Source: Catajapyx aquilonaris (lineage: Eukaryota). Taken from it: 55,086 nucleotides of DNA. This document shows positions 23,801-38,800 of this stretch, in pieces. A program made the translations under genes and the position numbers. How positions within the stretch are numbered: position 1 is the first letter of the stretch; each line of letters starts with the position of its first letter. The notes beneath the pieces are model-generated. The model saw only the letters and a program-made list of their open reading frames with translations. It was not told where the DNA came from and did not search any database. The stretch covers positions 1 to 55,086 of the forward strand of contig KZ538666.1 in assembly GCA_000934665.2 (NCBI GenBank). The letters are read 5' to 3'.

Positions 23801-26800
23801 TTGCCAATGGCAAAATTCCAGACGTCCCCCATGGAATCCAGCCACTGGCCAACAAGATTTTTGCTCCACTGAAAATCGTGCCTAATGCACCAAACAAGGC
23901 CCTTATCCACGATTAGTATTTTTTAAAAAAATTGTGAAATCCACTGAATATGACTCGACCTTAATTTTTTTTCTCCCCCCAATCCTTTTTGTCCTTTGTC
24001 ATCACCAGGAGCTGCGTCGACAATGCCAAGAATTCGCCACCGCCTTGCTGGACCACACCAGGAGTTCTTACGAGCTGGAAGTGCTGCTGAACCACGACCC
24101 AACAGGGCCTGCCTTCGAGCACGGGGAGCGAATGTCCCTCAACAGACTCAAACTGGCCATCAAATACAGGCAAAAAAAGGTAAAAAAATCGCAGCTGCTC
24201 ACAATTAGTAGCAGTGACTAAGGTAGCTACTAGGCGACATGTTGATGCAGCTCAATTTGACCATCAGTCATCGTTGCTCTTTGTGTCTATCAACAGGCTG
24301 AACCCGCACGTCCCCATCCGTGGGGACATGTCGAGTTTGGGAGACCGTATCAAATGAAACCGCTCTTGACTGTCAGCAGGGGGGCTCCCAACCAGGCAGT
24401 TGTGCAAACTGATGATTAAAATGAGCTTGTAGAACAGGCAATTGGAAAGCACTCCACGTGAAAATTAGGAATAATTAATAGGCCGGAACCCCCCCCCCCC
24501 CTTGCTTTTCCGCGGGTTTGGGGAAGGTGTACATGGACAGTGAGCAATGAAATTGTTGGGAGGCAAAACCAGGTCGGAGATAGAAACGGATTGGGGGTAG
24601 TGTCCATTAGTGAAATAGAGTCCTTCAAGCTTCGAGTTCCCATGTGATAATGCAGGGGGGGTTTTATTCAAAGACCTTCCGCGAGAAGAGGTATCAGCAA
24701 CGGGAGTAAACCGATTAAGAGCCTTTTTTTTGGAGGGGGGGGGGGGATAAATTAAAGGGTCTGATTATTCCTGTGCAATAATCCTCTATTTTCAGCTACG
24801 AATTTTAACATCAAATTGTTACGTAATTGTGCAAATCTTTGAAATTTCTTTGCTAAGTACAGTAGTGTTCCAATGAAATATTTGTACTGGTAATTTAATC
24901 CCGATCAATGAATTCACCAATTTGCATAAACACTCTCAGCAAAAGGCCACTACTAATTGCGCACCACTTTAGTTACTCGCTTCTAATTATTGCAGTTTGT
25001 TACCCGACAAACCCGAACAAACCTGAGAATTACAGAGTGAAGTAAAAATTCCGGATTATGTTTCACTCTACATTTTCGATGCTAAATCATGCCAGTTTCA
25101 AAGTAATGTCTATATTTATTCTGTGTGATGTGTCTGTTATGGAGATTTTCACAAAGGCATTATTTGGAGAGTGGGGAAAAAAAGGAGTGTTTCGAATTGA
25201 TTTTGCGGCACAGTAGGCTTTATTATTGGTTGACTCTTTGGCATTACCCAAAGCTTTTTGTATGTTACAACTGGTGCTAACGAGAGAGCTGCTGAGAGCT
25301 AGTGATAAGCTACTTTTCGTTTCCGTTTGAATTCTGTCCTCATTTTGGGAGGGTCCCAGAGAATTTACACCATTTCTGTCCCGAAATTCCGCGGACCCTT
25401 TTCCTGCCGTAATTACTAATCCGACTCTCTTTTTTTGGCACCGCTTTTACAAAGCAAATGTCGGAAATTGCCGCGGGTAAACACTAATGGTGGTTATGAA
25501 CCGATTATTGGCTATTTTTGGTGACCTAAAAAGCTAGGGTGCCGAAACTTTCAGTGTGCACGAAATTAACGTAGTGCCGCCTAATGAATAAAGCACTGCA
25601 GCTGTGTTTGGTAATCAGATTGTCACGCAAAGGCTGTGTTGTTGTCCCCCGGATTCGGATCCGGATAGAGCCGGAAAGAGAGAGAGAAAAAAGTAGATGT
25701 AACTTCAAAAGCAGACAGTTTTCATAACAGTCCAGTCCACTGGACTGATGGCTGCTGTTGCCATGTTGTGCTCTTTTATTCATTAGCGTGCGGCATAAAA
25801 CTTGGACAAGCTACAAGTACTGTCCTCTTAGAGGTTAGGTTTACTGCAGTGGGCTTTCGAGAAGAAAAAGCTGCATTTCTTACATTTAAAATGATCAGGA
25901 CACATTGTTGTCAGCCTTGACCTTTAACTACAGCCGAGCTCAACCGAGTACGCACCGACACTCGCGCAGCTCCAGTGTTGTTCATAATATAAATATTATT
26001 TATCATAATTCCGTAGCCTCTAATGTTCGTACCAAAGTCGGCCATTTTGTCCATCCCCAAACTCGTCCTTATAGTGATATAATGGCCACCTTGTCTTTGC
26101 AACAGTTCGTGGCTCATCCCAACGTGCAGCAGTTGCTGGCTTCCATCTGGTACGAGGGTCTTCCGGGCTTCCGTCGCAAGAACATGGTTCTACAAGGGTT
26201 GGAGATAGTGAGGATCGGGCTGCTCTTCCCGCTCTTCTCAGTCATGTACATCCTGGCGCCTCATTCGCATATCGGAAAGACCCTGCGCAAGCCCTTCATC
26301 AAGTTCATCTGCCACTCTGCCTCTTACTTCACCTTCCTCCGTGAGTCTCTTCTTCTTCCACTTTTTTTTCTCTCTTTCTTTTTTCAAAAATTATTATTTT
26401 ACCTCCTCCGGTCCTTTATCATAACTCAATTTCATTATTGAACACGATGGGGGAAGGTTCGGGCAACTTTGTGCCATTTGGGACTTTCCGAGATATTGCT
26501 AATAATGACGAGAAAGCCCGCACTGCATTGCAGGTCTTTCCCCCCACCCCCCTCCATTATTTTCTTTTTCTTTTTTTGTGTAAGTTTCCCATGGGGAAAG
26601 TGCCAATCACAACCACCAACACTGGTAGTGTGCTTCTCATTTCTGGAGGAGGTGCCTCGTTTTTGCTCACTTGCAAAATCAGAGATGAACTACTATGACA
26701 TACTATGCCATAAAAGTGACTAATATCCACAAACAAAAGTGGAAAGTCACCAAAACATATGCATCAACAACTGATGTCATAAGTAGCAGACATAGTATAT

Positions 26801-29800
26801 TAATCTCGTAAGATAAGCTTCAAGCTGCATGATTCAGTGTCAGAGTGTGTACTGTAATGGACACTTCCCACACTTTGGGAAAAGCCTCAAGGTGAAAGGA
26901 TGGGACAAATAATCAGATTTTCAGTGACCTTGAAAATTTTCATATGTGATATTAGTAATCATATTAATTGTGTAATGCTTATAATCCGTGACAGTTTAAA
27001 TACACAGTATTTCATAACGTGTGTGTGTGTGTGTGTATGTGCCAAACAAGATTATTCATGAAGTAGTTTTCCTGAAAGAAAAGTCTGAAAGCAAAATCCG
27101 TCATAATAATTTCCAGATTTATGAATGCACGTGGTTTAGTTGTTGATATGTAATGCCTTTGTTAATTTATCACTGGAATGAAAAAAAAGCAGTGCAATCA
27201 TAAATTTTGACAGTGAAAAGTAACTGCTGCATATTATGTAGCTCTAATTCCCACATAATTAGTCTGTCCTACGTTCCATTACAATTTACGGAATGGTCTA
27301 TTAATTAAGGGCTGATACTGTACAGTTATCGTCAATATGGAATATTTTTCTAACACTTTTTTATGTTCAGCGGGATTTCGCATGATGAATATATGGGTGT
27401 TGCATCATTATTCTGTAATGTGTAAATTGTATCAGCATATTTTTGCACACACAGTCGTGTTTATGAGCACACATATTTTTCTAGTGTGTACAGTTGACAA
27501 ATAAGAAGCTGTAACGACAGCCAGAGTGACACGATGAGCTTTTCCGATGTGGAAAAAAAACCCTGTCAATTCGGCGATGAGCACCATTCAGAATGCATTG
27601 CTGTTGCGGTTGGTTGGTTGGTTCTGCTTTTCTTATCCCGTTGGAGGCGACGAATCTGAAGTTTAGGCAGCCAAATGGAATTCCACGCCTCAGCTTCAAC
27701 CCCCCACCCTTCCACTTCAATTACAGTCCCAAGCTCCAATTGACTTTGCATCTCTTTTTTTTTACGTCTCTCCCTCCTTCGAATCTTCTTTTTTTCCATT
27801 TCGACCCAACGCTTTTCAAGTTCGTCGACTAATGCAATGTAAGGGTGGGGGAGGTCTCCTTGCCGCACAATTAGGAAAGGACTTTGGGTGGGTGCGGTTC
27901 GAAGCCCCCCCTTGATACTTACCCGTCTAACTCCTCCCAAGTTCCTTTGAGGAGAAGGTGGCACTAAGCCAGGGGCATTCGCCAGTAACCATTTCAACAG
28001 CCATATGCTTTAAAGGGAATGTATCGAGACGCATTGATCGGTTATCATTTAGTCCGACTGCCATAAGGCAAATAGAGCAGCGTTTGTTGAGCTATTCCTT
28101 ATCCTGTTTGCTCCCAATTCTTTTTATTGTCTAGAACCCTAGGGAGAAAGAATGTGATGGGGGGAAGGAGGCCCCAATAAGTACACGTGGTTTGAAGGAA
28201 TGGAACTATAGGGAAGAGGGAGAGGTTTTGCAAATTTGGCCTTATCGAAATTGGAATTCTGATGGGAAGCGACGATGCGATTGCAAGTCCTGATCTGGCC
28301 CTTATCCATTTACATTAATGTGACGGATTTCCATTGCTATCCACTCGACTGTTTTCCAGGTCATTTCTCCAGAGTGAAAGCTGGCAAGGCAGTGACATGT
28401 CGAGGCACACAATCCGAGTGGCATCAGACAACAATGCTCGAATTGTTGTTTGACTTAGGCACAGATATGAACGCAATTGGACAAGAATTCGCACAAGAAA
28501 ATGAGGAATAAACAAGGCCATGGGATGTGATTTTATCCTGGATGTCAGTCTCCCCGCATCACAAGAGAGGCGCAATGGTTGCCCTTAACAGTCAGGATAA
28601 CATCAGATAATGCCAGGAAAATAACTGGGGGCCGAGAAACTCACCAGGAGTGATTAATTCACCAACTTTTTCCCCAATCGGGTCGTCAAAAAATTGGAAA
28701 AAAGCATCAAAATTAATAGTGTTTGGCCTGTCATATCGTATAGGGCTTTAGATGCAGCCTTTTCCAACCTTGAGCTTTTCCATGCATCATCCATGGCCTT
28801 TTGCATCTCTCAAACAGATAGCCAGGCGTCAGAGTCACACTTCCTGCATCCGAAGCCAAGGGGAGGGAGACCGAACGTTCGGTTTGAACAAAGATAAAGA
28901 AGCAAGATCAGCAGCAATTTCCGTCCCAAGAAAAAAAAATGACACGTCAGCCTTTTCCCCCCCCCCCCTTCTTTTTTTTATGATTCTTCTTCTTTCTATG
29001 CCAGATCGAGCCACCTGCCACAAAATGTCGCAATTTCCTCCCCTTGGAAGCAAGGGAGAGACTTGTAATACTGGGCAGGGATTTAGGACTTTTCTCCCGG
29101 ATTATCTCCGGGGCGATGAGGAAAGGATCCGGAGTTTGTTTGCATCTGATATCCCGTCACGTGACCAGCTCGCTTCCTAAAGGACTAGCTACAAGTTGGC
29201 CAGAAAACCGAGGAGCATTGTCGCAAATTAAGTGACGGGCATTAGCCATGCACCTGGAAAGGTACACACCAGAGAGAGAGAAAGAAGGGGTCAGAGGCCT
29301 ATAATAAAGTAAAAGGTCGAGAGTCCAAAGCACGTAGTTTGAGAATTACTGTACCAAAATGTCTGAATGATTAATAGAGAAGTGTGGCTAATGGAAATGA
29401 CCATCAACATAAAGGTCGCAGGGTCACAGCGTGTCAATGTAGCAGAACTGGGAGAGAATTTCTGCAGTAAAAAAATATAGATACGTCTACTTGCAGGAAT
29501 ATTAAGTTACTTCCCTCTGCTGCTACATAATGTAATTCCGGCAGTCAAGTGCAGTCAGAAACAGGAAGAGGTCGTACAGTGCTTGCCACACTCTGTGTTA
29601 TTTAATATTTCCGCAAAAAAAAGAGAGAAGCTCTTTGCCAGCCTTTTTGCGCCCGGCTAAAGAGTTTCCGTGCTGGGCCTGTCGAATCAGAAGTACCTGT
29701 ATCGCATAGAAAATGTGCCATGAACTTCCTTTTGCGGTGACATACGCAAGGTTTCGAATTTCCGAAATTTTCATCAGCTCACAAGCGACTTGCTCTCATT

Positions 29801-32800
29801 ATCACTCACAGTTGCTTAAATCTTGCCCCCCCATCATTGTAGAGCTAATCACTGGCTCACTCATTATGGCCCAACAACAGAGGCTAGTTTCCTACAAGCA
29901 AATTACCATGATAATACCTGGGCATGCTGCAGTTTTTTGCTTCCTGAAACCGGTCAAAAAACGCTTGCTTATTACAGCCCCGAGGTTAATTTTATGCATG
30001 GCCTTTTTCAGCTCGAGCCCTCCCCAGGTCTGCAGGTCAGATTGTGCACGGAGCCCCTCTCTTACCTTCATTAGCACGTGTTTACCATTTAGAGACAAAA
30101 GTTGAGACAGCTTGGAAAACCGCCCTCGGGGGAGATTAGTATTCCGATAGTGAATTGCGGCCTCACCTCTCCTTAACATTTTAAATTAGGCAGAACTGCT
30201 CCCAAATCGCGGTTCCATCTTATCCCCTCGTTTGAAATGGTGTGGAAGGGAGAGAGACAGAGAGAGAGGAAAGAGCTTCAGGGGCCTTGTGTCTGCTCTG
30301 GAACTGAAGGACAAGGAGACTCAATCAGTCTTCATCCGGGAGAACGACGACGCAACTGTTCTCAAAAGGACAAAGTTCACACGCTTTTTAAAGCCTCCTC
30401 ATCGCCCACGGAGCTTCTGCCCGACCGATATTCGCAATCCCTACCTGATCCGTGTCCAAACAGTCTGCATTTCACACACACACTGCCAGTTGAGAAGGTG
30501 CAGATTATTACCACAACTATCCCTGACAACTAGTGAACCCATTGCCAAAATTTGGCAAAATAATCAGTATGATAGTGATAATCAAAACAACTGAATGAGA
30601 TGGCTCGCCGATTTACCACATAGTAATAATCTTCAATCACAGATGGCGCATACTCCCTCTGCACACTCCTGCCACCGTGCGAGAGATAGCGATACTATCA
30701 GGTCGGACAAACATCCATCGGAGAGAATAAGCCTATTAGGAGAAAGTCGGTTAATAATTTTTGACCAAATTGTTCCGTAATTCCAGTGCGGAACGTAATG
30801 TGAACCTCAGTTGAATTAATAGCTCGCTAAATTGAAACGGGTCTGAGATTTGGCCAAGGTATCTATTACAATGTGGCTTCGAGCCAATTATTCTCGAAGC
30901 AGTGTGGTCCATGGCTCGCCTCGAACTGTCTCCCTCCCGCCAAAAAATTCGAGTGCTTTTCTCAGTTTTTTTTTTTTTTTGCAACGGTCCATTAATTTCA
31001 CACTTCAAACCTAAAGTTTAAGAACTGGNCCCCCCCCCCCCTTTTGATTTCTCCTGAATTTTGGAAGCCCCTAAGGGAAGGGCAAAAGGGAATCAATACC
31101 ACGGTTCTCAGATAGCGGACAGTCACTTTCCTCCCCAGGGGGTTTGTTTTGTGCTCTTTTTGTCCCCCATCCGTCAAGAGTGGCAGGATTTAGTGTCGAT
31201 AAACTTAGGGGCAGGGTTTTGTGTTGCTGCATCAGGAGGGAAAGAGAGAGAGGTCGAAGCCAGATATCAGGAGCCCAATAAAATCGGGGAAAGATACCCT
31301 CCCTTTTGCGCTCCTATTGATGAAATTTATGCAAATATTGTCGGGGAGGGGGGAATAACTGTCATTCAAATCTACGAGCTAAATTTTTCGTAAAAAGGAT
31401 CACTATCTTGAGGGGGTCCATGTTGCAGAAGCTGCTTCGTCCTGTAATTAGATTTCGGTTAGAAGCCAAGGTGCGGCCAGACCCCATCACCAGAAGTCGG
31501 ACGTTACAACTGCTGATTTCTGACAGGTCCCGAGGCATTGCTGAAAGCTGGCTAATTAGGACCGGCAATAGGATTTTGGGGGGGCCAGAACCGAAAAAAA
31601 GGCCTCGGTTTCAGCTCTCCTCTTGGGAGAGGGACACTACAGAGAGTGGTGTGGCGAAAAATCGCGTTTGCCGATTTTTTGCACGTTCATTTTTGAAGAG
31701 GAAGGTAACAGATAGAAGTGTGAGGATGGATGTGGGATTATTATTATGCGGGGCCTGAGGGACTTGATCGCCTCTTGTAACTGATGACGTTTCATTCTAG
31801 AACGTTTGAAGTGAATGGTTCATAAATGACTCTGTATAGATTTTTTGGGGGTAATAATTGGGTATGTCCATTACAGAATGTCTAATATGTGAATGCACAT
31901 TTCGTCCGACTTGAGAGAATAATGAGACCGTTACCTTTGAAGCCAACAACTTTCTCATCGTTTTCAGTGCTGCTCATTTTGGCGTCGCAGAGAATCGAGG
32001 CTGTGATAGTCGACTGGTTCGGCACGGAGGAGGACAGGAGGCTGATTGCCACGGATGACAACACCAAAAAGGGATCTCCGCCCACCGTGGTCGAATGGGT
32101 CATACTTGCCTGGGTAGTCGGTAAGACAAAACGTCAATCATCATCTAAGACTTTTAACCTTCTGAAGCATCTCTTCCTCTCTATCTCTCTCTTTCTAAAA
32201 CCATTGTTATACTCTTTCCAGGTCTGATCTGGAGCGAGATCAAGCAGCTGTGGGACGTTGGACTTCAGGAATATATCAACGACATGTGGAACGTCATCGA
32301 TTTTGTTACCAATTCGCTTTATGTGGCCACAATAGGACTTAGGCTAGTTGCGTATTATCAGGTGAGTGCAGCAGCATCACCACCACAAAAGTTGGGGAGA
32401 CTTTGATACAATGTTGCGTATATACTTTCCAGGCACAAATGGAAATGGAGCTTATACAAAGTACCTTTCTGCCTAACCGTGAACACTGGGACACTTGGGA
32501 CCCAATGCTCATTGCGGAAGGCCTTTTTGCGGCCGCCAACATTTTCAGGTGAGACTATGCAATACGCTTCATTTCACAGCCTATACTGTTGAAATAGAGG
32601 AGAAACCCAACTTTTGTATGGGACCTTGGAGATTTTCGGACGGGTCATGTTTTAAAGCGTGATTTAAACTGGCTGTTTCGGCATCAGAATATGATACACC
32701 GCACGCACGCCGCCTGAGCTGAAATCATTTCTGGCGAGAGAGGACTTTAAACCTTATTTAAGAGAGGCTGAATCTTTAAATAATGTGAGGAAAACGGATG

Positions 32801-35800
32801 CGGCCGCGGATTAAGGGTTTTGGACCTAACTTATATGAAAACATAATGAACCCAAGCAGGAGTTATTAAGATTTAAATGACCTTTTTTGCATTCACCGTG
32901 GATTGAAACTTGTAGGATGCTAAATATACTCCCATACTAAATTATTTGGAAGATTTTTTTACATTAATTGACATTTGTCTTTTCCTCTAAGTCTGTGTTG
33001 TAGATAATGATGTACGTGATTTTGACAAGCTGTTTCCTCCCTCTACTTAACCAACCTATCTGGTCCGTATAACTTTTAAAAAAACTTACATCGCATTATT
33101 TCCAGCTCGTTGAAGCTGGTGTACATATTCTCAGTGAATCCATACTTGGGACCACTCCAAGTGTCCCTCAGCAGGATGGTGCTAGACATTATCAAGTTCT
33201 TCTTCCTCTACGTGCTCGTCCTTTTTGCATTCTCGTGCGGTGAGTAAACGTCTCCAATTTTTTAAATACAGGATCAGTTAGTGTGTACTGCCAGGTGTTG
33301 CATTTTTTTCCGGAGCATTATTACACTTTTTTCCGTTTTTTTTCTCTGAACTAGCCCATTTCTCCTGCAGTTGAGCCCAATACCTCCCCAGCCACTTTCC
33401 CGAGGCACTCCACTACTAATTCAGGAAGCCGAGCCTAATTAGAGCCCGGGTCGCTTAATCGCGTGTTGGCGCCACACAAGCGCCACCCCGGAGGCTGCCT
33501 CTGCCTCCAACAAGAGAGAGAGTTTTCGATCATATCAAAAGCCAGCACCTTGGTCACAGGCTAATCGATCATTCTCCCCCCCCCTACCCCATTTTCTCCC
33601 TCCAACCCACATTTTGGCCACCAGTCCGTGCCTAGTATGTATACAAGGCCCCCCCTGCTCTCTATATATATAAAAAAAATCCGATCGAGTCAGGCGCCGC
33701 CACTTGTCCCCTGGATTAGGAGAGACTTTCTCATTGGGGCCACCGTGGTCTGGTTTTAGCAAATTCGAGCAAATGGCCAGCAGGAATTGGCTCGTGCACT
33801 GGCTTTCGAGGCTATCGGTGTCGGTGGCTGTGTTCATTTGCTTGTTTACGCTTAGTTGGGGGTTGGAGGATAACAAGAAAAAAAGGGCGGTCAGTTGCCT
33901 AGAGGAATTTTACAGCAGCTAGTTAGCTCAGGTGGTGGCCCTCAGCATATCAATTATGTAACAAAAGTTAGCAGATTATTTAGATAAAAGTTTGGCAACG
34001 CTGCTTGTCCACCCACTTGGACGTAGTACAATAAGCCACTACCAGTTGGCGCATAAGCTGCCTCTCTGCACGCTATTGACGCTCTCAGAACATGCACGTT
34101 GGTGATGAGTCACCGCGCGGACAAAGCCCACCAGGGTGCTGTGTCTCGCCTCCAATGAAGTGGGTCCCACCCTCTCTGACCGCTACATGTCCTGTAATTG
34201 TTGAACGGGGAAAATGAAGACTATGGTAATCTAGAGGCGTATACTCATCCAGGTCACTCGCAATCGACAAAGTCGATTGCGAGTGACCTGGATGAGTATA
34301 CGNNNNNNNNNNNNNNNNNNNNNNNNNNNNNNNNNNNNNNNNNNNNNNNNNNNNNNNNNNNNNNNNNNNNNNNNNNNNNNNNNNNNNNNNNNNNNNNNNN
34401 NNNNNNNNNNNNNNNNNNNNNNNNNNNNNNNNNNNNNNNNNNNNNNNNNNNNNNNNNNNNNNTTGTCGATTGCGAGTGACCTGGATGAGTATACGCCTCC
34501 TAGGCCGATGGGTCAACGCGGACAAACTTGCGGACAGAGAGAATAAGGGGATTAGGTGATTTTGAGTAAAGTCTGCATCATTTCTGACCACCTTATATAT
34601 AGATTGACTTGGGCTTGCCCCCGTTTCCTTTTAACGTGCCGCCAATGCTAAGCCTGGAGAAGAAGGTAGGACACGTAACAGGCTCCCATAAAAGGCAAAT
34701 GCTTCATCGGCTAGGCATGCATTTTGCATGCAATATTAAATTAAGCGTTTCACTTTGCTTCTATGGAGCGCGACTCCTTTTTTTCCCCCTCTGCTTCATC
34801 TTCTTTTTTTTCTGAAAAGCCGAGGGTGTCAACGACCGAGGTTAGCAATATATTGGTGACATGGATAGCATGCGAATAGGTTTGATAAGCTTTAGGCAGG
34901 AGAAGCACCAACCCCAACCGCCGACAAAATCCCAGTCCCATTTTCGATAATGTAACCTTCGACCTTATACCTATAGGAAGACCTCCCCCATCTGCCAGCA
35001 AATTATGCTCGCCGGATCGGGGTCTGTATATACAGGAGCTGAACTCTGTCGCAATTTTGCTAATGCCTGCTGGCTTCAAGGGAGACAGAATTACCCCCCA
35101 AAAAATGTGAGGCCAATATGTCGTGGTAACTCAAGAGTGAAAAACTCTCTCACATTATTATTAGGAAAAGCTGCAACAGGAAGCAACAATAGTTTCTGAA
35201 CCAAACTTGTCTCCTTTGGGCAGTGCACGACTCTGTAGAATGGAAAATAATGAAGCCAGTCCTTTTTATCATTAAAGTATGGCTCACATACGCCTGCAGC
35301 GCATCATTATCTGCGATGGTATGCAATATTTTTTTTCCCTAGGAGGCGGCGAAATGGCAAAGAGAAACGCCATCAGTGCGTGCTCTTTTCTCATTAACTG
35401 CGAATTCATTAATTGTTGTGTACACTACATGATCAGAGGTGCCACGAGTTTTAATTAATGTTTGCATAACCCGGCTCATTCTTAGTCTCTTTGTAATTCG
35501 ATTCTTTTCATTAAATATTGTAGATCACACACACACCCACGCAAGTCCTGCATGGTATGGTCATTTAAAATTTAAAACACTGAAGATAATTGGATCCCTG
35601 TGAACAATTAATTCCGTAATGATGCGAAGTAATGTTTGATTAAATTGTTCCATTAGTATCGGTACGAGATATAAATTAATAACGCAGCTGCAAGTTATTT
35701 TAATATTTTATGGCACTTTCCGGACCGAGCACAATATTTTTCATGGGACATGGTGCGCTTTAAAAAAAAAGTTTTATTCGATGATGGGAAGCCTCACGCC

Positions 35801-38800
35801 AAAAAACCGGGCATAAAAGCCTATAAGCCGATAGCATTAGAGTCCCCTCCAAGAAGAATAGCACCCATATTATCAGAGGGGGGGGGGGGCTGAAATGCTG
35901 GACGATTCAACGCAACGCAATAACCGGTGTGGAATTACCGATTTGTATCCGGACGTGATGTCGTTTACCCCCCTTTTATTTTTTATTATTATTCAATAAG
36001 AGCGCCGGGGGGACGTTTGGGAAAGGGTCGAAGAAAAGGGATCGGAAATCCACACATTTCATATTGGGTCTGGCTCTGTAAAAATCGGTCCTGGAGAGAA
36101 TTCCCCTGGTAGACGACCGTAAGGAATGGGAAAAGCGGTCAAATTTCCGTCACATAACACTTCTAGAGACGGCCATCCGAGTATTACAGATGGCCGTCGA
36201 ATTGGACCAACTTCCTCTCCATCTTTGCCAAGGACGCTAGTGTGCACTGAGAGAGAAAAAAAAACCTAGAGAGCAAAAAACACACAAGGAGAACCAACAT
36301 ACAGGGTGGTGCACTTCCCAAGTCAAAAGTTGCAGATTGTTAGCCCCAGAAACTGATTGCAAGCAATCCATATTTTTCTTTATTATTTACCTTGGCAAAT
36401 GCACCACCCTGTAAAAATGGTGTCATTAGGACTTGTGGACCCGAAAATATTTGCGCCGACACGGTCAACAAGTCTGTTTTTCGACGAGGATAATTCGCAC
36501 TGGCCTCAGATTTATCACGTTCCGGTTGTCTTTTTTTTATTTCAAGAACTGCAATTATGAGTTTCCAGCAAATTGTCCAGCAGGATTTATGTTGAGGAAA
36601 AGTTGTAGAGAGATCCAGGGTTTTTTTTTCTCATATATATTTATCCTCCCTGGGGCCAGATGAGAATTGATCATGGGTTTTGGGCTGAAGGTGTCATAAA
36701 ACACACTACTCGATAGCCCTGAGAGTCAATGCGTCCCTGGAGAAAACGATGCTGAAGCTCCAGAAGGTTAGGGATTTTCACGAGGGTTTCGTCCAGGGGA
36801 AACTGGCCAATGGCGATTCGAGCCCCAGGGTTTTTTTTTCTGGAAAAGATTTCGGCTGCGATTTCGGACTCAAAGTTTATGGGGATCAGGTCGACTTCTT
36901 TCGGCAATTTTTTTTATGTTGAGAAATTTTGATGGTACGTGGGCTAGTCTTCGTGAAAAAAAATGGCCACTCATGTGGACAACACTAAATGAATCTGCTT
37001 GTGCCGAATAATATTAAACGATTGAGTTGGCAATTAGAGCTGCTTAATGCATCGAGTTAAATTAGTCCTAGTATTTCATATTTGTATTAAATTGTTGGAG
37101 TATTGCAGTAGCATCATTAATTAACAGGGGACGTAATTAAAATTGCCCGGTGCAAACATATCAACGTGTGAAAGCAAATGCCAAGCAGTGCGAAACATAT
37201 ACTGTGAAATTGTATGTTATATACACTGCTTCACTGAATTGCCATTCACGCCTGGTCGTGTGAATTTGGAATGTGAGCAAAAGTCCATAATTTTTGAGCA
37301 ACAAAAGCCGCCAGTCATTAAATATGCCACAAAGCTGGCAGCAGGGGGGTTGAAAAGGCCTCCCTGATTAGCGGGGCCAGGATAAATCTTTTATCGCTTA
37401 ACAAAATTTGAGCCGAATTAACTGACGGTGAATTTAACTGAACCTTATCTGTTGTGCACCTTGCACAAATATGGGCTTTTTCATTCTTTACGACCTTGTT
37501 AGAGTGAATAAATAGTGCGAAAATGAGGATAAAGCACTTCACAGTTTTGCGCCCAATTAATTTTAGGATGCACCATTTGTAAATTATACGTGGATTAGTC
37601 ACAAAAGTGAATTGATTTATTCTACTGCATTTTGTGCAACGTACAATAGCAACAAATGCGATGGGAGTGTTCGAGCTATCCAATAGCTATAGAACCCACA
37701 ATGAAACTATTAGAATGGATTTATTCAAGCTATAGTAGCGTACCATGTGCAGTTTGTAGTTTTCAGATAATAGCAAATTCTTGCAGGCAAAATGCGCTCC
37801 TATATATATAAAATTATGAAGACATAAAAATTAAAATCTCTGCAAGTCCATTATGCGAAACCTGTGGTACGCATAAAAACCAGCAGATCGTTTTGTTTAT
37901 ACATGGTCCCTCTTTAAACTGTTCAAGATTGCCAAACATTAAATTATTAAAAATTCATAATATTACTGTACGATAGCATTCAACTCGAATGTAAAATGAG
38001 TGCAGTGCACACATAATAAGTCAACATGCATGTAAAAAAAGGCAAGTTAATAATGAAACAAAATGCAAATTGATATATTTTGTATGATGTTTGCTGTTTC
38101 TTGCAAATTAATTACACAATTTCATATCAGTAATTTTTGAATTCTATCTGTACACAGTGATTTTTGTCAGTTTAATTTTTTTACCATCCATCTTTTCAAC
38201 TTTAAAGCTCACTTCATCGCAAATTGTTTGCATCATATTAGCCAATAGCAATATCGCGAAAAAGAGACCTACTCGCACCCCCCCCCCCCCTGGAGACCGA
38301 TCACTTGATCTTCCCTAATAGGCCCAGCCCCGAATCCAGTTGTTGTCACAAGAATAATTGGCTCGTCCTTAACCGACATCACTCTTCCTCCCGGAGTGAA
38401 TTGCCTATAGGTTCTCCAAATGCTGCAATCTCATTTCATGCAGCGCCGAGCAAAGAAAGAAAAGAAAAAAAAGTATGGACGTTGCTCACAAATCGAGTGT
38501 ATTTAGGGCGTATTTAGACACGACAGAAAAATATATACGTATATAAAGAGAGCTTTGAAGTCGGTTTTTTTTAAAGGCGTGAATCCGGATGAAACGAATT
38601 TTCCTTTTCTCTTTATTTGAAAACCCTAGCCCGTGGGATATATAAAAATTATTACTTGGAAGCCTCCGTCTCTGAGTGCTTTTCTACTTCCTTTTTTTGT
38701 GTGCCCCAGCACTATTTTGGCAATTTTCTGGGACGGCGGTAGCGTTAATGTGGAGACTGCCTGGGAGAATGCGCCATTTGGCCCTCCTCGTAAGCTAATT

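Noticed and set aside
25611..25622. Photoreceptor P3/RCSI-like homeodomain site (TAATCAGATTG)
   Set aside because: Imperfect, deep in an intron, and expected by chance in AT-rich DNA
33918..33950. tRNA/SINE A-box-like TAGCTCAGGTGG
   Set aside because: No B-box at suitable spacing and no cloverleaf
34085..34591. ORFs spanning X runs
   Set aside because: Artefacts of the N gap
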